Of a stretch of DNA of 64,000 nucleotides, positions 27,755 through 38,757 are shown piece by piece; within the stretch, counting starts at the first letter, position 1, and each line of letters starts with the position of its first letter. A program made the position numbers and the translations under genes. The notes beneath the pieces are model-generated. The model saw only the letters and a program-made list of their open reading frames with translations. It did no database searches and had not been told where the DNA came from. This stretch comes from Alphaproteobacteria bacterium (GTDB lineage: Bacteria > Pseudomonadota > Alphaproteobacteria > GM7ARS4 > G965262615). The stretch lies in contig OZ253545.1 in NCBI GenBank assembly GCA_965262615.1, forward strand, positions 256,001 to 320,000, in the 5' to 3' direction.

Positions 27755-30046
27755 TCACGACCGCATCGCCACCGTGATGCCCGCTTTTTTGTTCCAATCC
27801 ACATCAATCACGCCGCCATTTTTTGGCGTGCCGAACAGAATCAATTCCGCCAGTGGCTTTTTAATCTCAGCGGCAATGAGTCGTTCCATCGGGCGCGCGC
27901 CCATCTCCTCGCTGTAGCCCTGTCGCGCCAGCCACCGCTTCGCCGCCGCCGACACCGAAACACGCAACTGACGCTCCTGCAACTGCGCCTCCAACTCCTT
28001 GATTTTCTTATCCACAATGCGCCGCACAGTCTCCCGCCGCAAAGGCTTGAACGGCACAATGCCATCCAAACGATTGCGAAACTCAGGGCTGAATGCCCCT
28101 TGCAGCGCGCTCTCACCCTCCAGCTCCCCTTGCGTCTTGTCGCCGTGCGTGAACCCCATCGCCCGCTTGCCAAACAAACCCGACCCCACATTGGTGGTCA
28201 TAATCACAATCACATTGCGAAACGAAACCGACCGTCCGTTGTGGTCGGTGAGCACGCCGTAATCCATCACCTGCAGTAAAATGTTGGTCAAATCGGCGTG
28301 CGCTTTTTCAATCTCATCCAGCAACACCACCGCATGAGGATTTTTCAACACAGATTCCGTCAGCAACCCCCCCTGGTCAAACCCCACATAGCCCGGCGGC
28401 GCACCAATCAAGCGCGCCACCGAATGACGCTCCATATACTCCGACATATCAAAACGCAACAACGGCGCACCCCACACATCCGCCAACGACCGAGCCGTCT
28501 CCGTCTTGCCAACTCCCGTCGGACCCGCAAACAAATAACAGCCCACAGGCTTGCCAATATCACGCAACCCCGCTCGCGCCAACTTCACCGCATCACTCAA
28601 CGCCGCCAGAGCCTCATCTTGTCCATGCACCGCCTTTTTCAATTTCTTTTCAATATCCGCCAAAAATGAACGGTCATCGCGCGCCACCTTCTTGGGCGGA
28701 ACATGAGCCATGCGCGCAATGGTCTCCTCAATGGCGGTGGCATCAATGCTTGATTGCTTCCTCTCCTTTGCGACATTCTTCGTGACATTCACATTATTCG
28801 TGACACTCAATGCCGCCGCCGCTCCCGCCTCATCAATGGCATCAATGGCTTTGTCCGGCAAAAAACGATCCGTCACATAGCGAGCCGACAACCGCACCGC
28901 CTCACGCAACGCCTCATCGGCATACACAACCCCGTGATGAGACTCATACGATGATTTCAAACCGCGCAAAATATCCACCGCCTCATCCTCACTGGGCTCT
29001 TGCACCTCAACCTTCTGAAAACGCCGCACAAGCGCACGATCCTTCTCAAAATAATTGTGATACTCCTTGAATGTCGTAGAGCCAATACAGCGCAACCGCC
29101 CTCGCGCCAGCGCAGGCTTGAGCAAGTTAGAAGCATCCATCGCCCCGCCGCTCGTTGCTCCCGCTCCCACAAGGGTATGAATCTCATCAATGAACAAAAT
29201 CGCCTTGCGCTTGTTCTCAATGGCATGAACCACCGCCTTGAGCCGCTCCTCAAAATCGCCCCGATAGCGTGACCCCGCCAGCAACGCCCCCATATCCAAC
29301 CCATACAATGTCGCCCCCCGCATGAGGTCGGGAACATCGCCCTGAACAATCCGCAACGCCAAGCCCTCAGCAATCGCCGTCTTGCCAACGCCCGCCTCGC
29401 CCACAAACAACGGATTGTTCTTCATCCGCCGACATAATATATGAATCGTCCGCAACAACTCCTTCTCGCGTCCCACCAGCGGGTCAATCTCCCCCTGCCG
29501 TGCCCGCTCATTGAGATCCACGCACCATTTACGCAAAGGGGCATCATCGTCACTGGCATCCTTCTCATAAGACGCATCAGGCTGCTGCAAATGATAACCG
29601 CCGCCCAGTTCATCATCCTCCGACTTGCGAATGCCGTGCGCCACATATGTCACCGCATCATAACGGCGCATCCCCTGCTGCTGCAAAAAATACAACGCAT
29701 GAGATTCCTTCTCCGCAAACATCGCCACCAACACATTCGCTCCCGTCACCTGCTCCTTCTGTGACGACTGCGCATGCAGCATCGCCCGCTTGAAAACACG
29801 ATGAAAACTATCGGTCAAACTCACGCCATCGGCATCCTCCACAGGCTCAATGTGAGAATCAATGAACTCATACAAATTCTTCTTCAGCAACGGCAAATCC
29901 ACCGAACATGCCCTGAAAATATCAAGACACTCCTTGTTGTCGGTCATCGCCAGTAGCAAGTGCTCCAAAGTGGCAAATTCACTCTTGCTTTCTGCCGCCA
30001 GTTCCAAAGCTCGCTTGAGCGTCTTTTCCAAAGATGCCGATAACAT
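27755..30046 (-). CDS. clpA: ATP-dependent Clp protease ATP-binding subunit ClpA
   Basis: Two AAA+ modules ([16 protein letters not shown]), [25 protein letters not shown]; adjacent to clpS. Confidence 0.96.
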   Translation of the reverse strand: MLSASLEKTLKRALELAAESKSEFATLEHLLLAMTDNKECLDIFRACSVDLPLLKKNLYEFIDSHIEPVEDADGVSLTDSFHRVFKRAMLHAQSSQKEQVTGANVLVAMFAEKESHALYFLQQQGMRRYDAVTYVAHGIRKSEDDELGGGYHLQQPDASYEKDASDDDAPLRKWCVDLNERARQGEIDPLVGREKELLRTIHILCRRMKNNPLFVGEAGVGKTAIAEGLALRIVQGDVPDLMRGATLYGLDMGALLAGSRYRGDFEERLKAVVHAIENKRKAILFIDEIHTLVGAGATSGGAMDASNLLKPALARGRLRCIGSTTFKEYHNYFEKDRALVRRFQKVEVQEPSEDEAVDILRGLKSSYESHHGVVYADEALREAVRLSARYVTDRFLPDKAIDAIDEAGAAAALSVTNNVNVTKNVAKERKQSSIDATAIEETIARMAHVPPKKVARDDRSFLADIEKKLKKAVHGQDEALAALSDAVKLARAGLRDIGKPVGCYLFAGPTGVGKTETARSLADVWGAPLLRFDMSEYMERHSVARLIGAPPGYVGFDQGGLLTESVLKNPHAVVLLDEIEKAHADLTNILLQVMDYGVLTDHNGRSVSFRNVIVIMTTNVGSGLFGKRAMGFTHGDKTQGELEGESALQGAFSPEFRNRLDGIVPFKPLRRETVRRIVDKKIKELEAQLQERQLRVSVSAAAKRWLARQGYSEEMGARPMERLIAAEIKKPLAELILFGTPKNGGVIDVDWNKKAGITVAMRS

Positions 30047-30058
30047 CGCTCGCACCCC

Positions 30059-30388
30059 TCAATCCCTCTCCAACCGACACAACAACGGATGCTGATGCTC
30101 TCGAGCCAACTCCAAAACCATCCGCACTCGCGTGCTGGCAATCTCATAACTATAAACGCCACAAATGCCCAACCCATGACGATGAACCATCAACATAATG
30201 CGCTGTGCCTCCTCATAATTTTTGCGAAAAACTCGCTGCAAAACCCATGTCACAAATTCCATCGGCGTGTAGTCATCGTTCACCAGCAGCACCCGATACA
30301 GTGACGGCTTCTTCGCGCGCACCGCATCCAGTGTGTCAGTCTCACTGGCGGCTTTGTTCAACAAATCATGGCGACTGCTTTGTGACAT
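30059..30388 (-). CDS. clpS: Clp protease adaptor ClpS
   Basis: YRVLLVNDDYTPMEFV, IMLMVHRHG, HPLLCRLE; GGAGG RBS. Confidence 0.96.
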   Translation of the reverse strand: MSQSSRHDLLNKAASETDTLDAVRAKKPSLYRVLLVNDDYTPMEFVTWVLQRVFRKNYEEAQRIMLMVHRHGLGICGVYSYEIASTRVRMVLELAREHQHPLLCRLERD

Positions 30389-30456
30389 GATGGCTAACCT
30401 CCCTTTGTGTTGCAATTTCATCATATTATTGTCGTGAGCACAATGCAAATTGTGTC

Positions 30457-30485
30457 TTGCATAAAAAATAAGCTGTGCTTACAAT
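30457..30485 (+). promoter_or_regulatory. Putative sigma70 promoter of dxs (near-leaderless)
   Basis: TTGCAT-17bp-TACAAT ending 8 nt before ATG 30494. Confidence 0.55.
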
Positions 30486-30493
30486 CTCGCCCC

Positions 30494-32404
30494 ATGACAG
30501 ATAGACCTATTTTAGACACAATCAAGAGCCCCGCCGACATGCGCGCTCTGGATGATGCCGCCCTCAAACAGTGCGCCGATGAAGTACGCAGTGAGGTCAT
30601 TGACGCGGTTTCCGTCACAGGCGGACATCTCGGCTCAAGCCTGGGCGTGGTGGAACTCACCGTTGCCCTGCACCATGTGTTTGACACCCCTCACGACCGA
30701 TTGATTTGGGATGTGGGGCATCAGTGCTATCCTCACAAATTGCTCACCGAAAGGCGGGATCGTCTGCATACCTTGCGTCAGCCCGGCGGCTTATATGGCT
30801 TCACCAAAAGAAGCGAAAGCCGCTACGACCCCTTTGGTGCCGCCCACAGCTCCACTTCCATCTCCGCCGCCCTCGGCATGATGGTCGCCCGTGACCTCAA
30901 ACAAGAAAAGCGTCATATCATTGCCGTCATCGGTGACGGTGCCATCACCGCAGGAATGGCCTATGAAGCCATGAACAACGCCGGCGCAATGGACGGCAAA
31001 CTCATCGTCATTTTGAATGATAACGACATGTCCATCGCACCGCCTGTCGGCGCGATCAGCCATTACCTGCCGCGTCTGCTGTCTGGCAAAACCTATCGCT
31101 CCATTCGCCGCTTTGCCCTGAAAACAGCCGCCGATTACCTGCCGTCTTCCCTTGAACGAGCCACCAAACGCTTGGATGAATACGCCAGAGGCTTTATCTC
31201 CGGTGGAACGCTGTTTGAAGAAATGGGATTTTATTATGTGGGACCCGTGGATGGTCATAATTTGGATCATCTGTTGCCGGTGCTGCGCAACATTCGTGAT
31301 GTGGAACAAAAAGGCCCCGTGATGCTCCATGTGAAAACCAACAAGGGACACGGCTATGCCCCCGCCGAGACCTCCGAGGATCGCTATCACGGCGTGGGAC
31401 AATTTGATGTCGTCACCGGCAAACAACAAAAAACGCAATCCAATGCTCCCAGCTACACCAAAGTCTTTGCTCAAAGCCTGATCAAAGAGGCACACAAGGA
31501 TGATTCCATCGTTGCCATCACGGCGGCAATGCCTTCGGGAACGGGGTTGGATCTTTTTGCCAAAGAACACCCCAGTCGCTGTTTTGATGTGGCAATTGCC
31601 GAACAGCACGGTGTCACCTTCGCCGCCGGACTCGCCACCGAAGGCATGAAGCCCTTCGCCACCATCTATTCTACTTTTTTGCAGCGCGCCTATGATCAGG
31701 TGGTGCATGATGTGGCATTGCAATCTCTGCCGGTGCGCTTTGCCATTGATCGCGCAGGATTGGTGGGCGCGGATGGCCCCACTCATGCCGGCTCGTTTGA
31801 TATTACCTATCTTGCCACGCTTCCCAATTTTGTCGTGATGGCACCCTCCGATGAAGCCGAACTGGTGCATGCGGTCAGCACCGCCGTCTCCATCAATGAT
31901 CGCCCCTGTGCCTTTCGCTATCCCCGAGGAGAAGGAGTGGGGGTCACCCTGCCTGACGAAGGCACGCCTTGGAGCATCGGCAAGGGACGCATCGTGCGCG
32001 AGGGTCACCATGTGGCACTTTTGTGTTTGGGAACTCGCCTGCATGAAGCTCTCAAAGCGGCTGACTCCCTTGCTCAAAAAGGCATCACCGCCACCGTTGC
32101 CGATGCCCGCTTTGCCAAGCCTTTGGATGAAGAACTCATTTGTCAATTGGCGCGCCATCATGATGTGCTGGTGACGCTGGAGGATGGCTCTATTGGCGGC
32201 TTTGCCTCTCATGTCATGACACTGCTTGCCCATCGTGATTTGCTCAGTGGCACTCAGGTGCGTCCCATGACTCTGCCAGACCGCTTCATCCCTCACGGCA
32301 AACCGCACGGACAATACGAAGACGCTCAGCTCAATGCCCCTCATATTGAAGAGATGGTGCTGCTGGCTCTGGACAAACAAAAGCCCAAACGCAAAAGAGC
32401 CTAA
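30494..32404 (+). CDS. dxs: 1-deoxy-D-xylulose-5-phosphate synthase
   Basis: [61 protein letters not shown]. Confidence 0.98.
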   Translation: MTDRPILDTIKSPADMRALDDAALKQCADEVRSEVIDAVSVTGGHLGSSLGVVELTVALHHVFDTPHDRLIWDVGHQCYPHKLLTERRDRLHTLRQPGGLYGFTKRSESRYDPFGAAHSSTSISAALGMMVARDLKQEKRHIIAVIGDGAITAGMAYEAMNNAGAMDGKLIVILNDNDMSIAPPVGAISHYLPRLLSGKTYRSIRRFALKTAADYLPSSLERATKRLDEYARGFISGGTLFEEMGFYYVGPVDGHNLDHLLPVLRNIRDVEQKGPVMLHVKTNKGHGYAPAETSEDRYHGVGQFDVVTGKQQKTQSNAPSYTKVFAQSLIKEAHKDDSIVAITAAMPSGTGLDLFAKEHPSRCFDVAIAEQHGVTFAAGLATEGMKPFATIYSTFLQRAYDQVVHDVALQSLPVRFAIDRAGLVGADGPTHAGSFDITYLATLPNFVVMAPSDEAELVHAVSTAVSINDRPCAFRYPRGEGVGVTLPDEGTPWSIGKGRIVREGHHVALLCLGTRLHEALKAADSLAQKGITATVADARFAKPLDEELICQLARHHDVLVTLEDGSIGGFASHVMTLLAHRDLLSGTQVRPMTLPDRFIPHGKPHGQYEDAQLNAPHIEEMVLLALDKQKPKRKRA

Positions 32405-32419
32405 GAGGCTTGCAGGGTA

Positions 32420-32449
32420 TTGACATTTTGTTGTAAAAACACACATAAT
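32420..32449 (+). promoter_or_regulatory. Putative sigma70 promoter upstream of meaB
   Basis: TTGACA-18bp-CATAAT. Confidence 0.55.
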
Positions 32450-32484
32450 TCTGCCTCTAGTGGCGGTGAAAGAGGGCTGGTCGC

Positions 32485-33462
32485 ATGGGCGTTTCACATG
32501 CAAAACATCAAGATGAATTGGCACACAAAGCACACAAATTAGTGCGAGGCGACCGCCGCGCTCTGTCGCGCGCCATCACCCTCACCGAATCAAACAAGTG
32601 GGAAGATAATGAACGGGCGCGCGCAATGGTGGCGGCCATTGACCGCAACACCCAAAGCAAAGTGATTGGCATTTCGGGCGCGCCCGGGGTTGGCAAGTCA
32701 AGCTTCATTGAATCCTTTGGCTTGCACGCCACCAAACAAGGACTGTCGGTTGCCGTTTTGGCGGTTGACCCCTCATCCGCCACTGGCGGCGGGGCTATTT
32801 TGGGCGATAAAACCCGCATGATGCAACTGGCGCGCGCACCCCAAGCCTATGTGCGTCCATCACCCAGTGGCGTCTCGTCACGCGGCATTGCTCACGGCAC
32901 TTATGACGCCATCGCTTTGTGTGAAGCGGCGGGATTTGACCTCATCCTTGTGGAAACCGTCGGCGTGGGACAAGCCGAGACCGCCGTGCGTGATGTGGTG
33001 GATTGCTTCGTTCTGCTGGTCAATCCCGCAGGCGGTGACGCTCTGCAAGGAATCAAGCGCGGCATCATGGAACTGGCTGACCTCATCATTGTCCATAAAG
33101 CCGACAACGACCTATTGCATCAAGCTCAGCAAACCGCTCAAGAATACACCAATGCCCTTGCCCTCATGCGAGCGCGCCACAAGAACTGGCAAGTGCCACT
33201 GCTCACCGTCTCTTCCCACAGCAACAAGGGAATTGACGAGGTGTTCTCTGCCATGACGCAATTTTTTGAAGTCATGAAGGATGTCATCACCGCACAAAGA
33301 CGCAAGCAAAAAGAAAAACAGCTGCGACAACAAATGGACAGCCAATTGCAAAAAATGCTGGAAAAAGCCGACCTGGATAAAATTCAGCAAGTCATCCGAT
33401 TTGTTCAAGAAAAAAACTTGAACTTTCCTCACAGCTCTCTTAAGAGTGCGAGTGAAAGGTAA
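32485..33462 (+). CDS. meaB: Methylmalonyl-CoA mutase-associated GTPase
   Basis: GAPGVGKSS, VLAVDPSS, GGAILGDKTRM, VETVGVGQAE, LQGIKRGIMELAD. Confidence 0.93.
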   Translation: MGVSHAKHQDELAHKAHKLVRGDRRALSRAITLTESNKWEDNERARAMVAAIDRNTQSKVIGISGAPGVGKSSFIESFGLHATKQGLSVAVLAVDPSSATGGGAILGDKTRMMQLARAPQAYVRPSPSGVSSRGIAHGTYDAIALCEAAGFDLILVETVGVGQAETAVRDVVDCFVLLVNPAGGDALQGIKRGIMELADLIIVHKADNDLLHQAQQTAQEYTNALALMRARHKNWQVPLLTVSSHSNKGIDEVFSAMTQFFEVMKDVITAQRRKQKEKQLRQQMDSQLQKMLEKADLDKIQQVIRFVQEKNLNFPHSSLKSASER

Positions 33463-33466
33463 TTTT

Positions 33467-33769
33467 ATGTCTCGTCACTGTATCATTACCCAAAAAAAGG
33501 TCGCCAGCGGCAACAATGTGAGCCATGCTCACAACAAGACCAAGCGGCGATTTTTTCCCAACTTGCAATCGGTCTCCTTCTATTGCGATGACCTCAAGGA
33601 GCGTGTGCGCCTCTCCATCAGCACCCACGGCTTGCGCACCATAGAGCATCACGGCGGCATTGAGGCATGGTTGCGCCGTCATAAGCCCAGCGACCCCAAT
33701 TTGTTGCGTCTCAAAAAACGACTGCAACGCATTGATCGCCTCAAAGAAACCGAAACAAAAAAATCATAG
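33467..33769 (+). CDS. rpmB: 50S ribosomal protein L28
   Basis: MSRHC...GNNVSHAHNKTKRRFFPNLQ. Confidence 0.96.
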   Translation: MSRHCIITQKKVASGNNVSHAHNKTKRRFFPNLQSVSFYCDDLKERVRLSISTHGLRTIEHHGGIEAWLRRHKPSDPNLLRLKKRLQRIDRLKETETKKS

Positions 33770-33809
33770 CCTCGCCGTCATGGGAAAGTCACGCAGGGAA
33801 GCCAACGCC

Positions 33810-34454
33810 ATGACATCCCATCCCAATTCCCTTGCTCATCAGCGCATGGTGGCACAGCACCTGCTTGGCATTGGCGCAGCCAACATGGATGAATCCGCTC
33901 CCTTTACCCTCACCTCCGGCAAACAAAGCCCCTTGTATGTTGATGTGCGGCGACTGCTTTCTTATCCGCAAGAGCGCGATATGATTATGGATCGTGCTGC
34001 CACATTGCTAGAAAGCCAATTGCCTCACCTTTCTCACATGACCATCGCTGGTGGCGAAAGTGCTGGAATCCCTTTTGCCGCTTTTCTTGCTCACCACTGG
34101 CAACTGCCTCTCATCTATGTGCGCAAACAGCCGAAAAAATTCGGCTTGCAAAAAAACATAGAAGGTGACCTCAATCCCGACCGTTCCATTCTGCTGGTGG
34201 AGGACATCCTCACCCAAGGCACCAGCAAAGCGATGTTTATTAATCGTCTGCGAGAGGAGGGGGGAACAATCAATGACATTTTTATCCCTATTTCCTATCA
34301 AAACGAGCAACAAGAAGAGGCTTTTGGTAAAGCTCACAATTTGCGTGTTCACAGTTTGAGTCGCATCAGCGTGTTGCTGGATGTGGCACAAGAACAACAA
34401 ACACACTCTCTCGCCGCCATCACCGCCGCCCGCCAGTGGCTTGCTCAGTTATGA
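33810..34454 (+). CDS. pyrE: Orotate phosphoribosyltransferase
   Basis: PFTLTSGKQSPLYVDVR, GGESAGIPFA, YVRKQPKKFG, LLVEDILTQG. Confidence 0.9.
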   Translation: MTSHPNSLAHQRMVAQHLLGIGAANMDESAPFTLTSGKQSPLYVDVRRLLSYPQERDMIMDRAATLLESQLPHLSHMTIAGGESAGIPFAAFLAHHWQLPLIYVRKQPKKFGLQKNIEGDLNPDRSILLVEDILTQGTSKAMFINRLREEGGTINDIFIPISYQNEQQEEAFGKAHNLRVHSLSRISVLLDVAQEQQTHSLAAITAARQWLAQL

Positions 34455-35353
34455 CACAAGCTATGACCGCACGCGCCGTTCGCAGTCTTTTATTTTTGTG
34501 TTCCTTTGTCGCTGTTCTCACCACCTTCGGCATCGTGATGTCTTTGGCGACCGAAAGTCTGCATTTTTTTACGCACATCTCCCTTTTTGATTTTCTCACC
34601 GCAACCCAGTGGGACCCTCGCTTTGATGAGGATGGCGGCTCGTTCTCGCCCTGGCCCTTGTTGTGGGGCACATTTTACATATCGGTGATTGCCCTGCTGT
34701 TTTCGCTGTTTTTCGGACTCCTGACCGCCATTCACATGGTTTATTATGCCAGTGAGCCTTTGCGTCAATGGCTCAAACCCGCATTGGAATTGCTCGCGGG
34801 CATTCCCACTGTGGTTTATGGTTTTTTTGCCCTTGTGTTTTTGGGCCCTGTCATTAGCGACTTGGGTCATTTTTTGGGCATTGCCGCCACGCCATCCAGC
34901 GTCTTGGCGGCGGGCATCACCATGGGCATCATGCTGATTCCCTTCATCTCCAGCTTGTCCGATGATATTCTAAGCGCACTGCCATCCCACTTGAAAGACG
35001 GCTCTTTGGCGTTGGGCTCTACCTTGTCGGAAGCCATCGTGCGGGTTCTGTTGCCCGCGGCAACCCCCGGTCTTGCCGCCGCGGTGGTGCTGGCTTTCTC
35101 GCGCGCCATGGGAGAGACCATGATTGTGGTCATGGCAGCGGGCATTGCGGCGCGCTACAGTCTCAACCCCTTTGAGTCGGTCACCACCGTCACCGTCAAA
35201 ATCGTCTCGCAACTGACGGGAGACTATGAGTTCAATTCACCGCAAACACTGGTGGCTTTTGTTTTGGGCTCGTTGCTTTTTGTCATCACCCTTGCCATGA
35301 ATGCGTGGGCATTGACGGTGGTGCGCCGCTACAAACTGCGTCATGCCGCATGA
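34451..35353 (+). CDS. pstC: Phosphate ABC transporter permease PstC
   Basis: LKPALELLAGIPTVVYGFF, SRAMGETMIV; ATGA overlap with pyrE. Confidence 0.95.
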   Translation: MTQAMTARAVRSLLFLCSFVAVLTTFGIVMSLATESLHFFTHISLFDFLTATQWDPRFDEDGGSFSPWPLLWGTFYISVIALLFSLFFGLLTAIHMVYYASEPLRQWLKPALELLAGIPTVVYGFFALVFLGPVISDLGHFLGIAATPSSVLAAGITMGIMLIPFISSLSDDILSALPSHLKDGSLALGSTLSEAIVRVLLPAATPGLAAAVVLAFSRAMGETMIVVMAAGIAARYSLNPFESVTTVTVKIVSQLTGDYEFNSPQTLVAFVLGSLLFVITLAMNAWALTVVRRYKLRHAA

Positions 35354-36555
35354 AACAACGCCAGCAAAAAGACTTTTTTTTTAGCGCATTGAGCCGTTTT
35401 GCCGCACTCATGAGCGGGCTGTTTTTGCTGGCTCTCCTTGCCATCATCACCGTCACTGGCAGTAATTCATTGTATGAAGCGCGCATTTATCTGGATATTC
35501 CCATAGAAAACACGGACGCAAGCTCTTATCGCACCCCCATGCGGGCATCATTGCATCATCTGTTGGGTGTCAGTGGTCGTCAAGATAAGCGTCAAGCCAA
35601 TCGTCTTTTGAGCAGTGCCGCGGACAGCGTCCTGACACACCACCTCACGCGAAACGCAATCACCTCACCGCAAACCATCTCTGTGTGGCTTCCCGCCTCT
35701 GCGCTGGTGGATGATGTCATGAACGGACGCATTGATTTGACCAATCCTCACAGCGAACGCATCGTCTCTGCCCAATTGCGCGGCTGGATTGAATCGCTGC
35801 AGCAGCAAAATCGTCTGGCACTTTTTTTCAACTGGACTTTCTTCACCGCAGGAGCAGCCACCTCGCCTGAGCGCGCGGGCATCGGCGTGGCATTGTTAGG
35901 CTCGCTGATGATGATGCTCATCGTCGCCCTGACCGCCATTCCTATGGGGGTTGGTGCGGCGCTTTATTTGGAAGAATTTGCCCCACGCACACAATTCGTC
36001 TCCGTCCTTGAAACCCTCATCAACAACCTTGCCGCCATCCCTTCAATCGTCTTTGGGATTTTGGGCTTGGCAATTTTCATTCAGTGGTTCGCCTTGCCAC
36101 GCTCGGCGGCTCTTGTGGGCGGACTCGCCCTCTCTGTGATGACACTGCCCACCATCGTCATTGCCACCCGTGGCGCATTGGCATCGGTGCCGCGCCATGT
36201 CCGAGAAGCCGCCCTCGCATTGGGAGCATCCCATCATCAAATGGTGTTTCATCATGTGCTGCCACTGGCTCTGCCCGCCATCATGACGGGGTCTATCATT
36301 GGCTTGTCGCAAGCTCTGGGTGAGACCGCTCCCCTTTTGCTCATCGGCATGGTGGCATTCATCGCCGACACCCCCACCTCCTTGCTTGATCCCGCCAGTG
36401 CCCTGCCGGTGCAAATCTTCATCTGGGCGGGCGCAGCCGAGAGAGGATTTACAGACAGGGCAAGCACCGCTATACTGGTGCTGGTTTTGTTCCTCATCGT
36501 CATGAATAGCCTCGCTATTTTTATCAGAAAAAAATTCACCAAGCCGTTCGCGTGA
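35350..36555 (+). CDS. pstA: Phosphate ABC transporter permease PstA
   Basis: YLEEFAP, NNLAAIPSIVFGILGL, ALGETAPLL, ALPVQIF. Confidence 0.95.
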   Translation: MKQRQQKDFFFSALSRFAALMSGLFLLALLAIITVTGSNSLYEARIYLDIPIENTDASSYRTPMRASLHHLLGVSGRQDKRQANRLLSSAADSVLTHHLTRNAITSPQTISVWLPASALVDDVMNGRIDLTNPHSERIVSAQLRGWIESLQQQNRLALFFNWTFFTAGAATSPERAGIGVALLGSLMMMLIVALTAIPMGVGAALYLEEFAPRTQFVSVLETLINNLAAIPSIVFGILGLAIFIQWFALPRSAALVGGLALSVMTLPTIVIATRGALASVPRHVREAALALGASHHQMVFHHVLPLALPAIMTGSIIGLSQALGETAPLLLIGMVAFIADTPTSLLDPASALPVQIFIWAGAAERGFTDRASTAILVLVLFLIVMNSLAIFIRKKFTKPFA

Positions 36556-37335
36556 ATGACAATGACCCCTTCTCGCGACCGTTCTTTCATCAAAAGCCAC
36601 CGCCTCAGTGTTTTCTATGGCGAAAAACAAGCCCTGTTTGACATCAATCTGGACATTCACGCAAAAGAAGTCACCGCCCTCATCGGACCCTCGGGATGCG
36701 GCAAAACCACCTTCATTCGCTGTCTCAATCGCATCAATGATGAAATTGCCCTGTGTCGTGTTCGCGGCACCGTCACCCTCAATGGTGACAATATTTATCA
36801 TTCATCGGTGGATGTGGTGTCCTTGCGCCGCCGTGTGGGAATGGTCTTTCAAAAGCCCAACCCCTTTCCGCAATCCATCTATGACAACATCGCCTATGGA
36901 GTGCGTATTCACAAAATGTATCGCCGTCCAGATGAACTGGATGCCATTGTGGAACAATCCCTCAAAAAAGCCGCACTGTGGAATGAAGTCAAAGATCGCA
37001 TTCACGAACCCAGCCTGTGGCTCTCGGGAGGACAGCAACAACGACTGTGCATCGCTCGCGCCCTTGCCATCCAGCCGGAAGTCATCCTGATGGATGAGCC
37101 CTGCTCCGCCCTTGACCCCATCGCCACCGCCCGTGTGGAAGATCTCATTCAAGAACTCAAGCAGCAGTACACCATCATCATTGTCACCCATTCCATGCAA
37201 CAAGCCGCGCGTGTGTCATCACGCACCGCCTTCTTTCACATGGGACGCATGATTGAATGTGACGACACCAAAAAAATATTCACCAACCCCGAAGAAAATC
37301 AGACTCGTGACTACATCACGGGTCGCTTCGGATAA
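36556..37335 (+). CDS. pstB: Phosphate ABC transporter ATP-binding protein PstB
   Basis: [52 protein letters not shown]. Confidence 0.97.
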   Translation: MTMTPSRDRSFIKSHRLSVFYGEKQALFDINLDIHAKEVTALIGPSGCGKTTFIRCLNRINDEIALCRVRGTVTLNGDNIYHSSVDVVSLRRRVGMVFQKPNPFPQSIYDNIAYGVRIHKMYRRPDELDAIVEQSLKKAALWNEVKDRIHEPSLWLSGGQQQRLCIARALAIQPEVILMDEPCSALDPIATARVEDLIQELKQQYTIIIVTHSMQQAARVSSRTAFFHMGRMIECDDTKKIFTNPEENQTRDYITGRFG

Positions 37336-37357
37336 TCACAAGGCGTTCATCTTGATT

Positions 37358-38062
37358 ATGATAGACTCATCCCCCATGTCCTCAAAACAATCCCATATCG
37401 TCAGCGCGTTTGACCAAGAACTCAAAGACCTCTCTCGGCGACTGGTGACCATGAATGACCACAGCTGCGCCATGCTGTCCGATGCCATCGCCCTGCTTTC
37501 ATCATTGGACGAAGGCAAAGCTGAGCTCATCGTCAAGGACGATGAGCTGATTGATCAAAAAGAAGAAGAAGTCTCACTGTTTGCCGTGAAACTTCTGGCA
37601 CTGCGACAACCCATGGCAGACGATTTGCGCTTTATTGTCTCCGCCATCCGCATCGCCAGTGATATTGAGCGCATCGCCGATTACGCCAGCAATATCGCGG
37701 AGAGCGTGCTCTATATGAAGAAAAAAATCACCGCTCCCGCCAATCTCATCTCGCTGGGCAAAGCCACTCTCACCATGCTCACGAAAACCAGCCAATTGCT
37801 CACCAATCCCAGCAGCTCCACCGCCATCCATCTGTGGCATCAGGATGACGAAGTCAATCAGCTCTATCTTTCCCTTTTCAAAGAACTGGTGCAGCAACTG
37901 GCACAATCAACCCATGAAGACGAAACCCAATCCCTCATGCAATACATCTTCATGGCAAAAACCTTTGAGCGTGTGGGCGATCGCATCACCAATGTCAGTG
38001 AGGCGGTGTATTATCAAAGAAAAGGCTCATCGCTCGCGCGCGCCATTCATCACGATTCATGA
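37358..38062 (+). CDS. phoU: Phosphate signalling protein PhoU
   Basis: LALRQPMADDLR, DIERIADYA, FERVGDRITN. Confidence 0.95.
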   Translation: MIDSSPMSSKQSHIVSAFDQELKDLSRRLVTMNDHSCAMLSDAIALLSSLDEGKAELIVKDDELIDQKEEEVSLFAVKLLALRQPMADDLRFIVSAIRIASDIERIADYASNIAESVLYMKKKITAPANLISLGKATLTMLTKTSQLLTNPSSSTAIHLWHQDDEVNQLYLSLFKELVQQLAQSTHEDETQSLMQYIFMAKTFERVGDRITNVSEAVYYQRKGSSLARAIHHDS

Positions 38063-38619
38063 CGCCCCCTTTGCCAAAGGAACGCTTTGCCATCCTCTAT
38101 GCCGACCCGCCGTGGGACTACAAAGGACAGTGGCAACACGCTGGCTGTGGCAGCGACGACACAGGGGGAGCGGCGCGTCATTATCCCACCGTCACATTGA
38201 ACGACATGATTGGTTGGGACATCGCCAGCATCACCGAAAAAGATGCCCTGCTTTTTATGTGGTCTAGTTCGCCTCACTTGGATCAAGCCATTCAACTGGG
38301 CAAAGGATGGGGATTTGCCTGGGCGACCATCGCCTTTGTGTGGGATAAGCAACGGGTGAATCCATCGTTCTACACCATGAGTCAGTGCGAATTGTGTCTT
38401 GTGTTCAAAAAAGGCAAAATTCCCAGCCCTCGCGGCGCGCGCAATGTGCGTCAATTTCTGTCGGAAAAGCGCGCCGCCCATTCGGTCAAACCCGACAGCG
38501 TCCGCCAGCGCATTGAATCCATGTTTCCCCATCACAAAAAAATAGAGCTGTTTGCCCGTCAGCACACCAAAGGCTGGCACGCATGGGGGCTGGACATCAC
38601 TTCCGCAACAAAGGAATAG
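38059..38619 (+). CDS. MT-A70 family N6-adenine methyltransferase
   Basis: ILYADPPW, RHYPT, LLFMW, GFAW...FVWDK, HSVKP, IELFAR, GWHAWG. Confidence 0.9.
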   Translation: MTPPLPKERFAILYADPPWDYKGQWQHAGCGSDDTGGAARHYPTVTLNDMIGWDIASITEKDALLFMWSSSPHLDQAIQLGKGWGFAWATIAFVWDKQRVNPSFYTMSQCELCLVFKKGKIPSPRGARNVRQFLSEKRAAHSVKPDSVRQRIESMFPHHKKIELFARQHTKGWHAWGLDITSATKE

Positions 38620-38757
38620 AGCTGTTTGTCAGCACACCAAAGGCTGGCACGCATGGGGACTGGACATCACTTCCGCAACAAAGGAATAGAGCTGTTTGTC
38701 AGCACACCAAAGGCTGGCACGCATGGAGACTGGACATCACTTCCGCAACAGAGGAAT
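38541..38757. repeat. ~3 x 70-bp tandem repeat at the MT-A70/ampG convergent junction
   Basis: GTCAGCACACCAAAGGCTGGCACGCATGG...CTGGACATCACTTCCGCAACA starts at 38558, 38628 and 38698. Confidence 0.95.

Noticed and set aside
30791-32533. 580-aa ORF antisense to dxs, and similar long antisense ORFs over the adhesin, pstA, purQ and TPR genes
   Set aside because: Fully overlap well-supported genes and show no family motifs; expected from codon bias.
38541-38757. Possible CRISPR array
   Set aside because: Units are contiguous with no unique spacers, derive from adjacent coding sequence, and no cas genes are present.
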